From Gaiellales bacterium (lineage in GTDB: Bacteria; Actinomycetota; Thermoleophilia; Gaiellales; Gaiellaceae), in the NCBI GenBank assembly GCA_038253945.1, contig JBBSGR010000005.1, forward strand, positions 34,772 through 98,771: 64,000 bases of DNA, in the 5' to 3' direction. The notes under the pieces were generated by a model. That model searched no databases, was not told the origin of the DNA, and saw only the letters and a list, made by a program, of their open reading frames with translations. Position numbers and translations under genes: made by a program. Positions 36,657 to 45,582 of the stretch are shown here, piece by piece; position 1 is the stretch's first letter; each line of letters begins with the position of its first letter.

Positions 36657-38486
36657 TTACTCGACCGTCACCGTCTTCGCGAGATTGCGGGGCTGGTCGA
36701 CGTTGAGGCCGCGCAGCCGGGCGATCCGGTAGGCGAGAAGCTGCAGCGGCAGGACGGCGAGCGCCGCCTGCAGGAAGGGGTGCGTCCGAGGAACGAAGAT
36801 GACGTCGTCCGCATGATGCTGGATGTCCTCGTTGCCGTCGGTCGCGATCGCGATCACGCTCGCGCCGCGCGCCCTCGTCTCCTGGATGTTCGAGACCACC
36901 TTGTCGTACACGTGCGAGTCGGTTGCGACACAGACGACGGGCGTGTCCTCGTCGAGCAGCGCGATCGGCCCGTGCTTCATCTCGCCGGCGGAGTACGCCT
37001 CGGTCGGGATGTAGGAGATCTCCTTCAGCTTGAGCGCACCTTCTAGGCACACGGGCAGCCCGATGTTCCGCCCGAGGTAGAGGAAGAACGGCTTGTCGAA
37101 ATGCCTCTGTGCAACCTCCTCGATCGGGTGGTTTCCGTCGAGGAAGGCCGCCATCTTCTCCGGCAGCGAGTCGATCTCCTCGAGCAGCGACCTTACCTCC
37201 GCCCCGGGGAGCGTCCCGCGCACTTCGGCGAGCTTCAACGCCACGAGGTACAGCAGCACCAGCTGTGAAGTGAACGTCTTGGACGCCGCGACGCACATCT
37301 CCATGCCGGCCCGCGTGTAGAGAACCGCGTCGACCTCGCGACCGATCTGCGTTCCCATCAGATTCGTGATCCCCACCGTGTGAGCACCTTTCTCCCGCGC
37401 GAGCCGGAGGGCAGCGAGCGTGTCCGCCGTCTCGCCCGACTGCGAGATCCCGATCACGAGGGTGTCCTCGTCGATCACGGGGTTGCGATAGCGCCACTCG
37501 CTCGCGACGTCGTGCTCGACGGGGATGCGAGCCCACTCCTCGATCACGTAGCGCGCGACGACCGCCGAGTGGTAGGCCGTGCCACAGGCGACGATCACGA
37601 TCCTGCGTATCTCGCGCAGCCGGTCGTCCGGGATCCCCAGGCTCTCGAGCTCGAGCCGCCCGTGGCGGATCCGCTCGCCGATCGTCTCGCGAACGGCGTC
37701 GGGCTGCTCGTAGATCTCCTTCAGCATGAAGGTCTCGTAGCCCTGCTTCTCGGCGCTCTCGTCGTCCCAGTCGACGAGGATCTCCTCGCGCTCTCTCTGC
37801 TGACCCGTCTCGACGTCGAAGAACGCCGCCCCGTCAGGCGTGATCGCGACGACCTCGCCGTCGTCGATCAACTGCACGCGGCGCGTCTCGCGCAGGAAGG
37901 CCGCGATCGACGAAGCGAGGAACATCTCCTCCTCGCCGATCCCGACGACAAGGGGGCACTGCAGCCGCGCTCCGACGAGCAGCCTCGGGTGGTCGCGATG
38001 GATCACGACGAAGGCGAAGTGGCCCTCGAGATCGCCGTATGCGCGCCGCACGGCCTCGACGAGATCGCCCTCGTAGTGGCGCTCGACGAGGTGGGCGACG
38101 ACCTCGGCGTCCGTCTCCGAGGTGAACCGGTGCCCCTCGGCCTGGAGCGAGCCTTTCACCTCGCGAAAATTCTCCACGATCCCGTTCAGGACGATTGCGA
38201 CCTCGTCCTCGTCGCAGCCCGTGAGCGGGTGCGCGTTCTCCTCGGCTACCCGTCCGTGCGTGGCCCAGCGAGTGTGCCCGAGCCCCGTCGTCGCGACGGA
38301 GCCGTTGCCGGCGGTCGCCAGCTTGAGAAACTGCAGGTTGCCCACCGAGCGGACGTAGTCGATGCCCTCATCCTCGAGCAACGCGATTCCCGCCGAGTCA
38401 TAGCCCCGGTATTCGAGGCGCTCGAGACCGTGCAGCAGCAGCGACTTCGACGCTCTCGGTCCCACGTATCCGATGATTCCGCACAC
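36657..38486 (-). CDS. glmS: Glutamine--fructose-6-phosphate aminotransferase
   Basis: (M)CGIIGYVG N-terminal nucleophile Cys, two SIS domains, and C-terminal NLAKTVTVE. GTG start re-picked at 38486. Confidence 0.95.
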   Translation of the reverse strand: MCGIIGYVGPRASKSLLLHGLERLEYRGYDSAGIALLEDEGIDYVRSVGNLQFLKLATAGNGSVATTGLGHTRWATHGRVAEENAHPLTGCDEDEVAIVLNGIVENFREVKGSLQAEGHRFTSETDAEVVAHLVERHYEGDLVEAVRRAYGDLEGHFAFVVIHRDHPRLLVGARLQCPLVVGIGEEEMFLASSIAAFLRETRRVQLIDDGEVVAITPDGAAFFDVETGQQREREEILVDWDDESAEKQGYETFMLKEIYEQPDAVRETIGERIRHGRLELESLGIPDDRLREIRRIVIVACGTAYHSAVVARYVIEEWARIPVEHDVASEWRYRNPVIDEDTLVIGISQSGETADTLAALRLAREKGAHTVGITNLMGTQIGREVDAVLYTRAGMEMCVAASKTFTSQLVLLYLVALKLAEVRGTLPGAEVRSLLEEIDSLPEKMAAFLDGNHPIEEVAQRHFDKPFFLYLGRNIGLPVCLEGALKLKEISYIPTEAYSAGEMKHGPIALLDEDTPVVCVATDSHVYDKVVSNIQETRARGASVIAIATDGNEDIQHHADDVIFVPRTHPFLQAALAVLPLQLLAYRIARLRGLNVDQPRNLAKTVTVE

Positions 38487-38539
38487 CCTGAAGCTCCTTC
38501 CCCCGCTTTCGCGGCCCTCTGTGATGTCGGGTGAAGCCC

Positions 38540-39880
38540 TTAGGTCCGGCTGTCCGAAACGGCCCCTCGAAACGCAGAAGGCTCGGCTTCCGGCTCCCCC
38601 GCAGCGGGGATACGACTGCCGAGCTCTCGTCGAACGAGAGTCGCAATTGTATCGCACACTTCGCGGGCTTTGGCAAGCGGCTCGGCCTCGACGAGGACGC
38701 GAACGACGGGCTCGGTGCCCGAGGGCCGGACGAGGACGCGTCCGCTCGGGGCAAGCTCGTCGTTGACTCGCTCGATCTCTGCAATCAGCGTCTCCGTCAG
38801 CTCCTGCCGCGCAACCAGAACGTTCTCCTTCACCTGCGGGAAGCGGTCGAGAACGGCCGCCGCCTCGGCGAGCGGCCGGCCCCGCACAGCACGGGACAGC
38901 AGCAAGGCGGCGGCGAGGCCGTCCCCCGTTACGTGGTCTTTCAGGTAGATGATGTGACCGGACTGCTCGCCGCCGAGGAAGCCGCGCTCTCGCCGGAGCG
39001 CCTCGAGCACGTACCGGTCGCCGACGTCGGTCGTGACGACTCGCACGCCGCGACCCCGCATCAGCTCGTGAAAGCCCAGGTTCGTCATCGCCGTGACGGC
39101 GACGAAATCGACCTTCAGGTCGAGCGCGAGAATGGCGAGGATCCCATCCCCGTCCACAGGCTCGCCCGCCGCGTCGACGGCGAGCATCCGGTCGCCGTCA
39201 CCGTCGAAGGCGACGCCGAGGTCGAACTCGCCACCGCGAACCGTCCGCTGCAGCAGCGAGAGGTCGGTCGCACCGCAACCAACGTTGATGTTCGACCCGT
39301 CCGGCTCGGCGGCCACCGCCGTTACGAGGGCACCGAGCCGCTCGAACGCGCCGGGGGCGATCGCCGAGTACGCGCCGTTCGCACAGTCGACGGCAATGCG
39401 CAGGCCCGTGAGGTCGGAGCCGAAGTGGGAGAGCACGTACTCGACGTACGCAGCCGACGCTCCTTTCAGCTGCCTGGCGCTCCCATCGCCGGTGGGAGCC
39501 GCGTCGAGCAGTGCCTCGATCTCCTTCTCGGCAGCATCTGTGAGCTTCTGCCCTTCCTGGTCGAAGAACTTGACGCCGTTGTACTCGGGGGGATTGTGCG
39601 AGGCGGACACGACAGCACCGAGCCGGCCGGCCGCCAGGAGCGGCACCGCCGGGGTCGGCAGGACTCCGCCGAGCAGGGCGCGGCCGCCCGCCGAGACGAT
39701 GCCGCGCGCGAGCGCATCCTCCAGCTCCGGGCCCGACCCTCTCGTATCTCGACCGACGAACACGCCGTCGCCGTTCGACCAGACCGTCGCTGCGCGACCC
39801 AGCCGCTCCACGAGCTCGGGTGTCAGGCTCTCGCCAACGACCCCTCTTACTCCATCGGTTCCAAAGTATCGACGCGCCAC
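38540..39880 (-). CDS. glmM: Phosphoglucosamine mutase
   Basis: MARRYFGTDGVRG and the SASHNPPEYNGVKFF active-site serine loop. Confidence 0.95.
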   Translation of the reverse strand: MARRYFGTDGVRGVVGESLTPELVERLGRAATVWSNGDGVFVGRDTRGSGPELEDALARGIVSAGGRALLGGVLPTPAVPLLAAGRLGAVVSASHNPPEYNGVKFFDQEGQKLTDAAEKEIEALLDAAPTGDGSARQLKGASAAYVEYVLSHFGSDLTGLRIAVDCANGAYSAIAPGAFERLGALVTAVAAEPDGSNINVGCGATDLSLLQRTVRGGEFDLGVAFDGDGDRMLAVDAAGEPVDGDGILAILALDLKVDFVAVTAMTNLGFHELMRGRGVRVVTTDVGDRYVLEALRRERGFLGGEQSGHIIYLKDHVTGDGLAAALLLSRAVRGRPLAEAAAVLDRFPQVKENVLVARQELTETLIAEIERVNDELAPSGRVLVRPSGTEPVVRVLVEAEPLAKAREVCDTIATLVRRELGSRIPAAGEPEAEPSAFRGAVSDSRT

Positions 39881-39942
39881 GGGGACGGCAGCCTAAACCG
39901 CCGATCCATGTCAGCCTCGACGAAACGCTGTGGGAGCAGCTG

Positions 39943-40341
39943 TCAGCGCTTGGAAAACTGCGGCGCCTTGCGGGCCTTGTGCAGGCCGGCCTTCTTGCGC
40001 TCGACCTCGCGGGCATCGCGAGTGAGAAAGCCCGCGCGCTTAAGCGGCAGCCGCAGCTCGGGGTCGGCCTCGACGAGCGCCCGCGCGATGCCATGCCGGA
40101 CGGCGCCTGCCTGTCCGCTCGACCCCCCGCCGTGGACGCGGACGCGAAGATCGAACGTGCCCTCGACGCCCGCCACCTTGAGCGGAGCCAGCGCGATGAC
40201 ACGGTGCGTGGCTCGCGGAAAGTAGTCCTCGACCGTACGTCCGTTGAACCAGGTCGTTCCGTCACCCGGACGCAGGATGACGCGTGCCACCGAGGTCTTG
40301 CGCTTGCCGGTGCCCATGTACTGAGCGCGCTCGGCCATCAA
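39943..40341 (-). CDS. rpsI: 30S ribosomal protein S9
   Basis: [12 protein letters not shown] ... [12 protein letters not shown]-terminus. Confidence 0.95.
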   Translation of the reverse strand: MMAERAQYMGTGKRKTSVARVILRPGDGTTWFNGRTVEDYFPRATHRVIALAPLKVAGVEGTFDLRVRVHGGGSSGQAGAVRHGIARALVEADPELRLPLKRAGFLTRDAREVERKKAGLHKARKAPQFSKR

Positions 40342-40772
40342 GTCTGTACCTCCATCGGCTGGGGCGCCTGCGCGGTGTGCGGATGCTCGGGCCCCGCGTA
40401 GATCTTCAGCTTGCGGATCTGGGCGCGGCCGAGGCGGTTCCGCGGCAACATGCCCTTGACAGCGTGCCGCAGGACCTCGGTCGGACGCCGGGCGAGCTCC
40501 TCGCGCAACGGTCGGCTCCTCAGCCCGCCCGGGTAGCCCGAGTGCCGGTAGTACATCTTGTCGTCGAGCTTCTTGCCCGTGACGCCGATCCTCTCGGCGT
40601 TCACGACGACGACGAAGTCGCCCGTGTCCACGTGCGGCGTGTACTGCGGCTTGCGCTTGCCCCGCAGCGTGTCGGCGATCTGCGTGGCGAGCCGGCCCAG
40701 GGTCTTCCCCTCGGCGTCGACCACGTACCAGGCGCGGTCGACCTCATTCGGCTTTGCGTTCCAGGTCTTCAT
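40338..40772 (-). CDS. rplM: 50S ribosomal protein L13
   Basis: [33 protein letters not shown]. Start re-picked at ATG 40772. The stop overlaps the rpsI start. Confidence 0.95.
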   Translation of the reverse strand: MKTWNAKPNEVDRAWYVVDAEGKTLGRLATQIADTLRGKRKPQYTPHVDTGDFVVVVNAERIGVTGKKLDDKMYYRHSGYPGGLRSRPLREELARRPTEVLRHAVKGMLPRNRLGRAQIRKLKIYAGPEHPHTAQAPQPMEVQT

Positions 40773-40780
40773 GTTCAGAC

Positions 40781-40805
40781 AGAAAAGAGGCGGACCAGGT
40801 CCGCC
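40781..40805 (-). promoter_or_regulatory. Intrinsic-terminator-like hairpin plus U-tract, 8 nt upstream of the rplM start codon (candidate leader/attenuator)
   Basis: Minus strand reads GGCGGAC-CTG-GTCCGCC then TCTTTTCTGTCTGAAC-ATG. No purine-rich Shine-Dalgarno between the hairpin and the ATG. Confidence 0.5.
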
Positions 40806-41070
40806 GAGCCGGCAGTCTACCAGCTGGCCGAGCACGGCTCTGTACACCCCGCCGCCCGCCTGTGGCATCCAGATCGCCTGGCTCGCGCGTCCCGGGCGGT
40901 CCTGTCCTGGCGCCGGTCGACGTCCCCTACAAGCTGCCATTTGCTCTCACCGAGCTGACGCAGCACGACGTAAGCCGGGCTTCCGAGCGGCTGCCCTGAC
41001 GCGACACGATGGCGCGCGTGCCCGTGGCGACGGCAGGCGCTTCGGTCGACGAAGGCTCTACCCTCCAGAC

Positions 41071-41326
41071 ATGCCCAACAGAAACCCGGGAGACAGCCCG
41101 ATTACCGACATAGTCGTGTGGGGAAAGAGTGTCTTTGGTGCCCGGACGGACGCGCTCATACTCGAGATCGCCAGCTTCACCGGCGATTTACGGGACCTAT
41201 GACCCTTTCGAATCCGTTGAGGGCATCCTCTGGAAGACGGAGTACGACCGGCCCCGCGAGCCGGAACTGTACGAGGCGCTCGTCGCCCTCCACAAGCGCT
41301 TAGAACGCGAGCGCCAGAGGCATTAA
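41071..41326 (+). CDS. Small hypothetical protein (~85 aa if a 1-nt frameshift at 41192-41194 is corrected)
   Basis: Frame A (41071..41202, MPNRNPGDSPITDIVVWGKSVFG...) and frame B (to 41326, ...YDPFESVEGILWKTEYDRPREPELYEALVALHKRLERERQRH) both show high GC3. They join smoothly if the GGG run is read as GG. Confidence 0.35.
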
Positions 41327-41425
41327 CCGGCGAGCCCGGCAAGCATCCCGTCTCATTCGCCTCCGACGAAGGCCCTGCGAGCGACTTGCCCCCGCGCCAT
41401 CGTTTCTGCGCTGCTGGCAGTCAGG

Positions 41426-41965
41426 TCAAGCGATCTCGCGACGAAGCAGGCATGCGAGCCCTGTGCGAAAGGCCCGCGCGCCACCGTGCGAGGGATGCCG
41501 GAGGTACTCGCCGCCGATCGTGCCCTGCGCGAGCCGACCGACAGGGACGACGTGCCGGTCTCGCGAGAGCTCTGCCAGAAACGGCCGGCCCGCACGGGCC
41601 TCTTCGAGCTTGGGCGGGCGATTCGAGAGCTCGGTGCCAGGATGCGTCGGCACGACGTTCCAGAGCAGCACCCGCTCGGTCAGCTCCAGCTCGTCGAGCA
41701 CCCGATGCACGATCGTGGCCGTGGCTTCTGCCGGCCCGCTGCCCGTCAGCTGGCGCTCCGAGGTGAAGGGCAGGCCGGAAACCCGAGCACCGCGGTACCC
41801 AGCTGCCTCTCCCACGAGGAGGATCGGCGCCTCGCGGCGCGCGTGGAGGTACGCCGTCAGCCGTTCACGCAGGAGGGGAGCACGGTCGCCGTCGCGGTAG
41901 AAGTTGAACGTCTCGCCGATCTGGGCTCCGGCGAGTGCCTCGACGAAGTCGACGCTCACGGGCAA
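41426..41965 (-). CDS. Uracil-DNA glycosylase superfamily protein
   Basis: LLVGEAAGYRGARVSGLPFTS (family-4/5-like GEAPG motif variant) and the C-terminal HPSHGG motif. Confidence 0.7.
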   Translation of the reverse strand: MPVSVDFVEALAGAQIGETFNFYRDGDRAPLLRERLTAYLHARREAPILLVGEAAGYRGARVSGLPFTSERQLTGSGPAEATATIVHRVLDELELTERVLLWNVVPTHPGTELSNRPPKLEEARAGRPFLAELSRDRHVVPVGRLAQGTIGGEYLRHPSHGGARAFRTGLACLLRREIA

Positions 41966-42041
41966 ACCTCTCGAGGCTCATGCGGAGCGGGTGACCGACG
42001 ACCGTAGGCGTCACTCCGGCGATCCGAGACCCGTTGGGCTC

Positions 42042-42296
42042 TCATGCGTAGGTGATGAGCTCCAGCAGGCTGCCGTCGGGATCGCCGGGCTCGACGGGCC
42101 GGCGGGCGACGGGCGACGCTTCGACGCCGGGGCCATGCACGTTCAGCTGACGGTCGCCGACGCGATACGCCCAGCGGCCCCGATCCAGCTCGATCAGCTC
42201 CGCACCGAGCACGTCGCGGTAGAACGCATTCGAGCGCTCCCAGTCGGAAACGCCGATGACGAAGTGGTCGAGTTCGATTTCCGGCTCACCGGGCAT
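42042..42296 (-). CDS. Short VOC/glyoxalase-fold protein (84 aa, possibly truncated)
   Basis: LDHFVIGVSDWERSNAFYRDVLGAEL ... DPDGSLLELI. It appears to lack the middle part of a normal ~120-aa VOC module. Start re-picked at ATG 42296. Confidence 0.5.
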   Translation of the reverse strand: MPGEPEIELDHFVIGVSDWERSNAFYRDVLGAELIELDRGRWAYRVGDRQLNVHGPGVEASPVARRPVEPGDPDGSLLELITYA

Positions 42297-42308
42297 AAGG
42301 ATCGCTCC

Positions 42309-43364
42309 GTGATCGACGTCCGAACTTTGACAGACGGCGGCCAGAAGGCGATCGACGTCGCGCGGCAGATCGCGGCGTTCATGGCGGAGGCGCGCTCTTC
42401 GCTCGACCTGGCGCAGTACGACTTCCACCTCCAGCCGGAGACGCGGGACGTCGTTGCCGGCGCGATCGAGGCGGCCGTGGCGCGAGGCGTCGCCGTGCGC
42501 GTGATCTACAACGTCGACCACCGAAACCCGATTCCCGTCCCCCCGCCGCCCGAGCCCGACACCCAGCTGATCGAGTCCTTCGGCGTGCCGGCGCGGGCGA
42601 TCGCCGGCGTACCCGACCTCATGCACCACAAGTACGTCGTGCGCGATCGAGGGGCGGTCTGGACCGGCTCGATGAACTGGACGGACGACTCGTGGTCGCG
42701 GCAGGAGAACGTGATCGTGGTCGCCGCCGGGCAAGAGTTGGCGGGGGCCTACACCGCGGACTTCGAGGAGTTGTGGACGACCGGCGCCGTCGAGCTGAGC
42801 GGCTTCGGCGAGCCCGTGCCCCTCTCCGTGAACGGGACGACCGTGCGGACGTGGTTCACTCCCGGTCACGGAGAAGCGCTCTCGCACCGGATCGCGAAGG
42901 CGATGGGCCGTGCGAAGCGGATACGCATCTGCTCGCCGGTGATCACCGCGGCGCCGGTGCTGGCCACGCTGGCGCAGCTGGTCTCGGAAGGAAAGGTCGA
43001 CGTCGCCGGCTGCGTCGACCAGCCCCAGGTTCAGGGCGTCGTGTACCAGTGGCGGCAGAACGGGAACGCGTCCTGGAAGCTGCCGTTGCTCGAGCGGGTG
43101 ATGCAGGGCCCGTTCTCGGGCAAGCGCTCGACCCCCTGGGAGCCGGGGCCGAGCGTCCACGACTTCATGCACGCGAAGGTCACCGTGGCCGACGACGTCG
43201 TCTTCACCGGAAGCTTCAACCTCTCGCGCTCGGGCGAGATGAATGCCGAGAACATGCTCGAGATTCACGACGGCGACCTGGCCGACCGCCTAGCGCTCTA
43301 CATCGACGGCGTTCGCGGGCGCTATCCGCCGTTCACGCTCGACGAGCCCGATCGAGCGCGATAG
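42309..43364 (+). CDS. Phospholipase D-like (two HKD motifs) protein
   Basis: HHKYVVRD...GSMNWT and HAKVTVADD...GSFNLS. GTG 42309 is chosen as the start because the upstream part of the track ORF runs antisense to the VOC gene. Confidence 0.8.
   Translation: MIDVRTLTDGGQKAIDVARQIAAFMAEARSSLDLAQYDFHLQPETRDVVAGAIEAAVARGVAVRVIYNVDHRNPIPVPPPPEPDTQLIESFGVPARAIAGVPDLMHHKYVVRDRGAVWTGSMNWTDDSWSRQENVIVVAAGQELAGAYTADFEELWTTGAVELSGFGEPVPLSVNGTTVRTWFTPGHGEALSHRIAKAMGRAKRIRICSPVITAAPVLATLAQLVSEGKVDVAGCVDQPQVQGVVYQWRQNGNASWKLPLLERVMQGPFSGKRSTPWEPGPSVHDFMHAKVTVADDVVFTGSFNLSRSGEMNAENMLEIHDGDLADRLALYIDGVRGRYPPFTLDEPDRAR
43329..43350. repeat. Left copy of a perfect 22-bp direct repeat ccgttcacgctcgacgagcccg
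   Basis: An identical 22-mer occurs at 49646..49667, read directly. Confidence 0.9.
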
Positions 43365-43399
43365 GCACTTCGTAAGAGACGCGCAACCGGTGGCCCCGC

Positions 43400-44971
43400 T
43401 TACTGCCCTCTGCTCTTCGGGTCGACGCCGGCGAACGTGAGGAAGTCGGTCATCCGAAAGCCGGCACCGCCGGGCAAGGTCGGCTGCCAGCCAGGCTGGA
43501 CCGAGAGGTACGAAGTCGGGTCGGTCTGGAGTAGGCCGATCAGGACCTCGGCGACGAGACGGCCGCCCATCGGCCCCAGCCTGAGACCGTCCTCCATGAT
43601 CTCGGCCTCCTTGAGCACGTAGAGGAAGAGCGGCGTCGAGCGCTCGAGCCCGACCCCGAAGTCGGCGTACTCGCCGAGGTCGGAGGGGCTCAGGGCCGGA
43701 ACGCCCATCGCTCCTGCGATCTGCTGACCCGAGGGCAGCTGCCAGGTCAGGTGCCGGAGCAGCGTTCGCTGCGGCAAGGACCTCGGCGCCGTGTCATCGT
43801 CGTGCGTGGCGATCGCGCTGCGCGGCAAGTCGAGGAGTGGCGTTGACAGCTTGCTGTCGATCCGCTTGTTGTGCTTCACCTGCCCGTCGCCGAAGTCGAA
43901 GAAGGTCTGCCAGCCGATGAAGCGTCGCGGTGCTCTGACGCCACCGCGCAGGTCGTCGGGGTCAGCCTTGCCCAGCTGGGAAGGGTCGAAGACGAGTGCG
44001 AAGAACGGCTTACCCTTGTCCCCGGCCAGGTTGGCGCGGTAGGAGGGGCGCACCATGGAATGGCCGAAACGGTAGGCGGCGCCCTGGAACTCGACTGGAA
44101 TCGTGGCCTCGCCCGCAGCCGGCAGGTAGAAGCGGCGCCCGCGCGAGAGGATGTCGTCGACGACGCCTTGGCCGACGATGAGGGGCAGGTACTCGTGCAG
44201 GACGAGCCACTGGTAGTGCCAGGTGGTGAGCCGGCGGGCCCGGGTGAAGAGCTCCGGCACACCCATGCCCGGGGCGCGAACGAGGTCGACTGCGTTGTTG
44301 TGAAAGCGTAGGAAGGCGGCGTGCATGCCTGCGATGATCAGATGCTCGTCGTTTCTGGGGTCACCGATGATGGCGTCGCCGTCGGCCCTTCTCGGGATGT
44401 CTTCGAAGAGGCCGCCGCTCTCGATTCTCAGCTTCGCCCGATCGGCCCCGTCGTACAGCTGGAAGCCGGCGACCGGGCCGGCGCCATAGAGGGAGTCGAG
44501 ATCGAGCGAGGGCGTGCGGCCGTTCGTCGCCTCCTCCGGCGCCAGCGGCTTGCCCAGCGGCGAGGCGATGTCGAAGGTGATGTCGTGGTCGATGAACTGG
44601 CCCATGAAGGTCGTTCCCGCCGTGTGCGTCGGGTTGTCCGGATTGTTGGCGCTCAGGGAGGGATCGGTGATCAGGAGGATCGGTCCCTTGTCGAGCGGAT
44701 CGCGTGCGTCGAGCAGCCCGCCCGGCTTGGCCAGCTCGAGGAACGCGGCCTCGAGCTTCGCGCTCGGATCGGCGAACGCCGGCAGCCGGAACATGCGGCT
44801 GAACCGGTCGGACCGGATGATCCCATCGGCGCCGCCGCGGCCGCGGTCGGCCTTGGCCGTCGCGACGTCCATCACATTGCCGGTTCCGACCGCGACCGCG
44901 CCTACGCCCACGCGGCCGAGGAAGCTGCGCCGGCTGAGACCGGTCTTGGTCTTCTCGCCATGATCTGTCAT
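43400..44971 (-). CDS. Tat-exported haem peroxidase of the peroxidase-cyclooxygenase (animal haem peroxidase) superfamily
   Basis: Twin-arginine leader SRRSFLGRVGVGAVAVG. Motifs FMGQFIDHDITF, RNDEHLIIAGMHAAFLRFHN and AAYRFGHSMV are typical of this superfamily. Confidence 0.8.
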   Translation of the reverse strand: MTDHGEKTKTGLSRRSFLGRVGVGAVAVGTGNVMDVATAKADRGRGGADGIIRSDRFSRMFRLPAFADPSAKLEAAFLELAKPGGLLDARDPLDKGPILLITDPSLSANNPDNPTHTAGTTFMGQFIDHDITFDIASPLGKPLAPEEATNGRTPSLDLDSLYGAGPVAGFQLYDGADRAKLRIESGGLFEDIPRRADGDAIIGDPRNDEHLIIAGMHAAFLRFHNNAVDLVRAPGMGVPELFTRARRLTTWHYQWLVLHEYLPLIVGQGVVDDILSRGRRFYLPAAGEATIPVEFQGAAYRFGHSMVRPSYRANLAGDKGKPFFALVFDPSQLGKADPDDLRGGVRAPRRFIGWQTFFDFGDGQVKHNKRIDSKLSTPLLDLPRSAIATHDDDTAPRSLPQRTLLRHLTWQLPSGQQIAGAMGVPALSPSDLGEYADFGVGLERSTPLFLYVLKEAEIMEDGLRLGPMGGRLVAEVLIGLLQTDPTSYLSVQPGWQPTLPGGAGFRMTDFLTFAGVDPKSRGQ

Positions 44972-45134
44972 GTCGCTCCTTTGGTTTCGGGTCAGACGAA
45001 GGGCGTCGCGGAGGCAGATGTGCGTGCGACCTCTCGAACCACGCTCATCACGACGTTTAGAGCTTCAGGGCAGTAGGACACTGGACGGCGGCTGGGGCTC
45101 GAATCTTCCGACGAGGTTGGGCCAGACACGTCAG

Positions 45135-45413
45135 TCATTGCGTCGGACTCCTCCCTGTTTCGGCGACCGCCTCGGCGACGCGCTCGAAGGGCAGCGCCGC
45201 GCGTCGGGCGGCTGTGCGTACCGCTTCGACGTTGGCGGCCTCGTAGTGCACGAAGCAGGTCTCGTCGCCGGGGACGTAGATCGCGCGTAGGAAGCGCACC
45301 GGTGTTCCCTCGCGCGTCAGCTGCTCGGCAGCGAGGCGGGCGCGCACGGCGCCGCGCCCGACCGCGGCGGCATCCGTTCGGGAGAGGTAGAGCTCGAGCA
45401 GGAAGCCGGCCAC
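45135..45413 (-). CDS. DUF4242-like small protein
   Basis: 92 aa. The pattern VRFLRAIYVPGDETCFVHYEAANVEAVRTAARRAALPFERVAEAV matches the conserved core I recall for DUF4242 proteins. Confidence 0.5.
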   Translation of the reverse strand: MAGFLLELYLSRTDAAAVGRGAVRARLAAEQLTREGTPVRFLRAIYVPGDETCFVHYEAANVEAVRTAARRAALPFERVAEAVAETGRSPTQ

Positions 45414-45459
45414 GGGAGCGACGATACGTCTGGCGAAGCCGCAGCGAAATGACGGAAAC

Positions 45460-45474
45460 CCTCAAACTTTGAGG
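45460..45474. promoter_or_regulatory. AT-rich perfect palindrome CCTCAAAcTTTGAGG in a divergent promoter region (candidate operator)
   Basis: Read directly. It lies between the DUF4242-peroxidase operon start and the LAL regulator start. Confidence 0.4.
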
Positions 45475-45582
45475 ATGACGACGCCAGCCGGAAGGAGCCA
45501 CTCCGCGGCCCGGGCGCCGTTTGCCGATCGCTCGTGACTGTGGTATCCAGAAGCCACATTCGGGCGACTCCAGGGGAGTCGC

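Noticed and set aside
38487-38539. Possible glmS ribozyme upstream of glmS
   Set aside because: Only ~53 nt separate the glmM stop from the glmS start. That is far too short for the ~170-nt ribozyme. The spacer holds just a GGAAGGAG ribosome-binding site and a small CCGC-GAAA-GCGG hairpin.
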